IMG/VR virus record: IMGVR_UViG_3300019124_000103
Span: 1-64,000 of that record
Source: a virus
Length of the DNA: 64,000 nt
Reading direction: 5' to 3' (one strand)
The notes beneath the pieces are model-generated. The model saw only the letters and a list, made by a program, of their open reading frames with translations. It ran no database searches and had not been told where the DNA came from. The stretch's first letter is position 1. Each line of letters starts with the position of its first letter. Made by a program: the position numbers and the translations under genes. Shown here piece by piece: positions 61,451-64,000 of this stretch.

Positions 61451-63285
61451 ACAAGACACAGGACGAGGGGTTGACCCGGCTCGTCCAGTGGTACGAGTCC
61501 GCCGAGGAACTGACTCGGGAAGCCCGCCAAGACGCCGAGACGTGCCGCGACTACGTTGACGGCAAGCAGTGGACCGACGCCGAGATCGAGGCGCTGAAGA
61601 AGCGCAAACAGCCCATCATCACGATCAACCGCATGAAGCGGAAGATCGACTTCTTGAAGGGTGTCGAGAAGCGCCAGAGAACCGACCCGAAAGCACTCCC
61701 AAGGAACCCGAGCGACGAGAAGACCGCTGAAGCGGCGACCGATGCCCTTCGTTTCGTCTGCGAGGACAGCGACTTTGATCGGGTCCGCTCCGAAGCCTGG
61801 GACAACCTGCTTGTAGAGGGATTGTGTGCGGCTGAGATCCTGGTAGAGAAGGGCAAGAACCACCCAAAGATCCGTGTCGAGTTCCTGCCGTTTGATCGCA
61901 TCTTCTTCGATCCTCACAGCCGCTTTGACGACTTCCGGGATGCCAAGTACTTGGGCGTTGTCGTGTGGATGGACCTGGAGGACGCAAAGCAGCGCTATCC
62001 GGGCAAAGAGGACGTCCTGACGAGCTGCCTCGGTACCTCAACCCCAACAAGCGAGACCTACGAGGACCGCCCGCGGATGATGTGGGCCGACTCCAAGCGC
62101 AAGCGCGTCCGTGTCGCCCAAGTCTGCTACCGGGAAAACGGCGTGTGGATGCGCGCCACGTTCACGCGCACGGGATATCTACGCGATCCCGAACAATCGT
62201 GGCTGACCGACGAAGACGGCAACCCGGATTGCCCGATGGTGTTCCAGTCCGCTTACGTGGACCGCGAGAACAACCGCTATGGTCTCGCCAAGGAGATGAT
62301 TTCCCCCCAAGACGAGATCAACAAGCGCCGCTCCAAGATGCTCCATCTGCTGAATGTGCGGCAGACGTTGAGCGACAAGGGCGCCTTCGCTGATGCAGGC
62401 GGGGTGACGAAGGCCAAGACCGAGCTTTCAAAGCCGGATGGACACATCGAAGTCGCCCCAGGGAAGCGGTTTGAAGTTCTCCCAACGGGGGACATGGCTC
62501 GTGGACAGTTTGAACTGCTCCAGGAGGCCAAAGCCGAAATGGACCTTCTGGGTCCGAACGCGGCAATGCAGGGCAAACAGGGGGGTGACCCCTCAGGTCG
62601 AGCGATCCAACTCCAGCAGCAAGGCGGCTACGTCGAGATTGAGCCGCTTGTGGATGCTTTGCGGTTCTGGCAAAAGCGGATCTATCGCAAGCTGTGGATG
62701 TGCGTTCGGCAGTTCTGGACCAATGAAGTCTGGGTTCGGGTTACTGACAGCGACGAAAAGCTCAAGTGGGTCGGTTTGAATGTGCCTATCACGGTGGCCG
62801 ATCAGCTCCAGAGTGAGGGGATCGAGATTCCTCCTGAGGCGATGGGCGATCCGCGGCTGCAACAGGTGGTGGGCACTCATAACCCCATCGTTGAACTCGA
62901 CGTGGACATCATCATCGATGAAGGGCCGGACCTCGCAACCCTCCAAAGCGAGCAGTTCGAGACCGTGATGAACGCGGTTCAAGCCTCCGGGCAGCCGATC
63001 CCGCTGCCGGTGATGCTCAAGCTGATGCCGAACCTGCGTGACCGCGACAAGATCATTGAAATGGTCCAAGGCGGTGGTCAGCAAATGGACCCGCGCATGG
63101 CTCAGATGGGTCAACAGCTCGAACAGTTGGGTCAAGAGAACCAGCAACTGAAGGCAGACAAGAGCCTAGAAGCCCAAAAGATGCAGATCGAGGGCTTCAA
63201 GGCCGAAACAGACCGCTTGAACGTCGAGGCGGATGCCTTCTTTAACCAGATGCGTGCCCAACAGCCGCCGATGGTCTCGATCTAA
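61435..63285 (+). CDS. Portal protein B (P22 gp1-like)
   Basis: DYVDGKQW...ITINR, FFDP, PQDEINKRRSK, SGRAIQLQQQ. Confidence 0.93.
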   Translation: MAYSVDKTQDEGLTRLVQWYESAEELTREARQDAETCRDYVDGKQWTDAEIEALKKRKQPIITINRMKRKIDFLKGVEKRQRTDPKALPRNPSDEKTAEAATDALRFVCEDSDFDRVRSEAWDNLLVEGLCAAEILVEKGKNHPKIRVEFLPFDRIFFDPHSRFDDFRDAKYLGVVVWMDLEDAKQRYPGKEDVLTSCLGTSTPTSETYEDRPRMMWADSKRKRVRVAQVCYRENGVWMRATFTRTGYLRDPEQSWLTDEDGNPDCPMVFQSAYVDRENNRYGLAKEMISPQDEINKRRSKMLHLLNVRQTLSDKGAFADAGGVTKAKTELSKPDGHIEVAPGKRFEVLPTGDMARGQFELLQEAKAEMDLLGPNAAMQGKQGGDPSGRAIQLQQQGGYVEIEPLVDALRFWQKRIYRKLWMCVRQFWTNEVWVRVTDSDEKLKWVGLNVPITVADQLQSEGIEIPPEAMGDPRLQQVVGTHNPIVELDVDIIIDEGPDLATLQSEQFETVMNAVQASGQPIPLPVMLKLMPNLRDRDKIIEMVQGGGQQMDPRMAQMGQQLEQLGQENQQLKADKSLEAQKMQIEGFKAETDRLNVEADAFFNQMRAQQPPMVSI

Positions 63286-63300
63286 ACCGCTTTCCTCAAC

Positions 63301-63335
63301 AAGACCCGCCCAGGGAAACCTCGGCGGGTTTCTTC
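63301..63335 (+). terminator. Hairpin/terminator after portal B
   Basis: ACCCGCC...GGCGGGTTTCTT. Confidence 0.65.
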
Positions 63336-63397
63336 ATGCCGTCGCCGGGCTTTCGGGCGAGACGTGACGCCGACGAATCGGGCGATTTTGGGAATGT

Positions 63398-64000
63398 ATG
63401 GACCAGCTTGAAGGATTTCTTGGGAGCGAACCTGTTGTTCATGAGCAAGTGCAGGCAGAAGTGCCGGCCGAGCCAGTTCATCAGGAAGCACAGGGCGTAA
63501 TTGCGGAGCCGCCAGCCGCGCAAGAGACCGTAGCCCCTCAGACCCACGCCGAACAGGAGCCCCCTCAAGGGCATGTCCCTGTCAAGGCAGTGCTTGAAGA
63601 GCGCCGTAAGCGCCAAGAGCTAGAGCATCAGCTCGCGCAGATGCGGGCGCAGTTCTCACAACAGCCACAACAGGCCGTTCAGCCTCCCCCGGAGGTTGCG
63701 CACCAGGCGGTGATGAACATGGCCCTCAATACCGCGGAGTACGTCCTTCGGACCCAGTTCCAGGACTACGACGACGTGCGCGACTTCTTCATTTCACAAG
63801 CGGAACAAAACCCGTACCTGATCGGCCAGCTTCGGCAGTCAGGCAACCCGGCTTTGTTCGCCTACGAGATGGGGAAAAAGCTCAAAGCGATGGAAGAGAT
63901 CGGAGACCCGAAGAGCTACGAACAGCGCATTCGAGAGAAGGTTCTCGCGGAGCTTCAGGCACAGCAACAGGAACAGGTCAAAGAGGCGCGTCTTGCATCG
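63398..64000 (+). CDS. Scaffolding protein B (truncated by window end)
   Basis: Manual translation MDQLEGFLG...HVPVKAVLEERRKRQELE...; open to the end of the window. Confidence 0.8.
   Translation, partial: MDQLEGFLGSEPVVHEQVQAEVPAEPVHQEAQGVIAEPPAAQETVAPQTHAEQEPPQGHVPVKAVLEERRKRQELEHQLAQMRAQFSQQPQQAVQPPPEVAHQAVMNMALNTAEYVLRTQFQDYDDVRDFFISQAEQNPYLIGQLRQSGNPALFAYEMGKKLKAMEEIGDPKSYEQRIREKVLAELQAQQQEQVKEARLAS

Larger units (their letters stand above)
42213..64000. mobile_element. Prophage unit B (partial; int-attP-xis, early, immunity, replication, packaging, runs off window)
   Basis: Second integrase, PrtN-like xis, ERF, cI/cro, replication initiator/helicase, Q, terS/terL, P22-like portal, scaffold start; many segments near-identical to unit A. 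Confidence 0.92.

Overview
The whole window (GC-rich, no host housekeeping genes) is temperate-phage DNA: two related lambdoid-organised, P22-like podovirus gene sets lie head-to-tail. The host is probably a Burkholderiales betaproteobacterium, inferred from the SSB sequence, CTGT-N8-ACAG LexA boxes, a PEP-CTERM gene and a dusA-like att core. Unit A (1-~42.3 kb) has integrase/xis, a mosaic early-left operon, an immunity region, replication genes, Q, terminase, portal, scaffold, capsid, three beta-helix tail proteins, ejection proteins and lysis genes. It is followed by a dusA-type integrase with an apparently intact attP (~44.66-44.88 kb). Unit B is a second heteroimmune early/immunity/replication/packaging set that runs off the end of the window. 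Most notable: both repressors lack the LexA-like autocleavage domain, and each is overlapped tail-to-tail by a homologous SpoIIAA/STAS-like gene sitting directly behind an SOS box, a candidate new family of LexA-controlled antirepressor modules. Other highlights are the intact attP (suggesting a cointegrate, tandem lysogen or misassembly), a PEP-CTERM moron in the tail operon, conserved structured non-coding elements, linker-bounded in-frame domain shuffling in early genes, and an SOS box in front of an HNH nuclease. All calls come from reading the sequence by eye; no database searches or folding programs were run.
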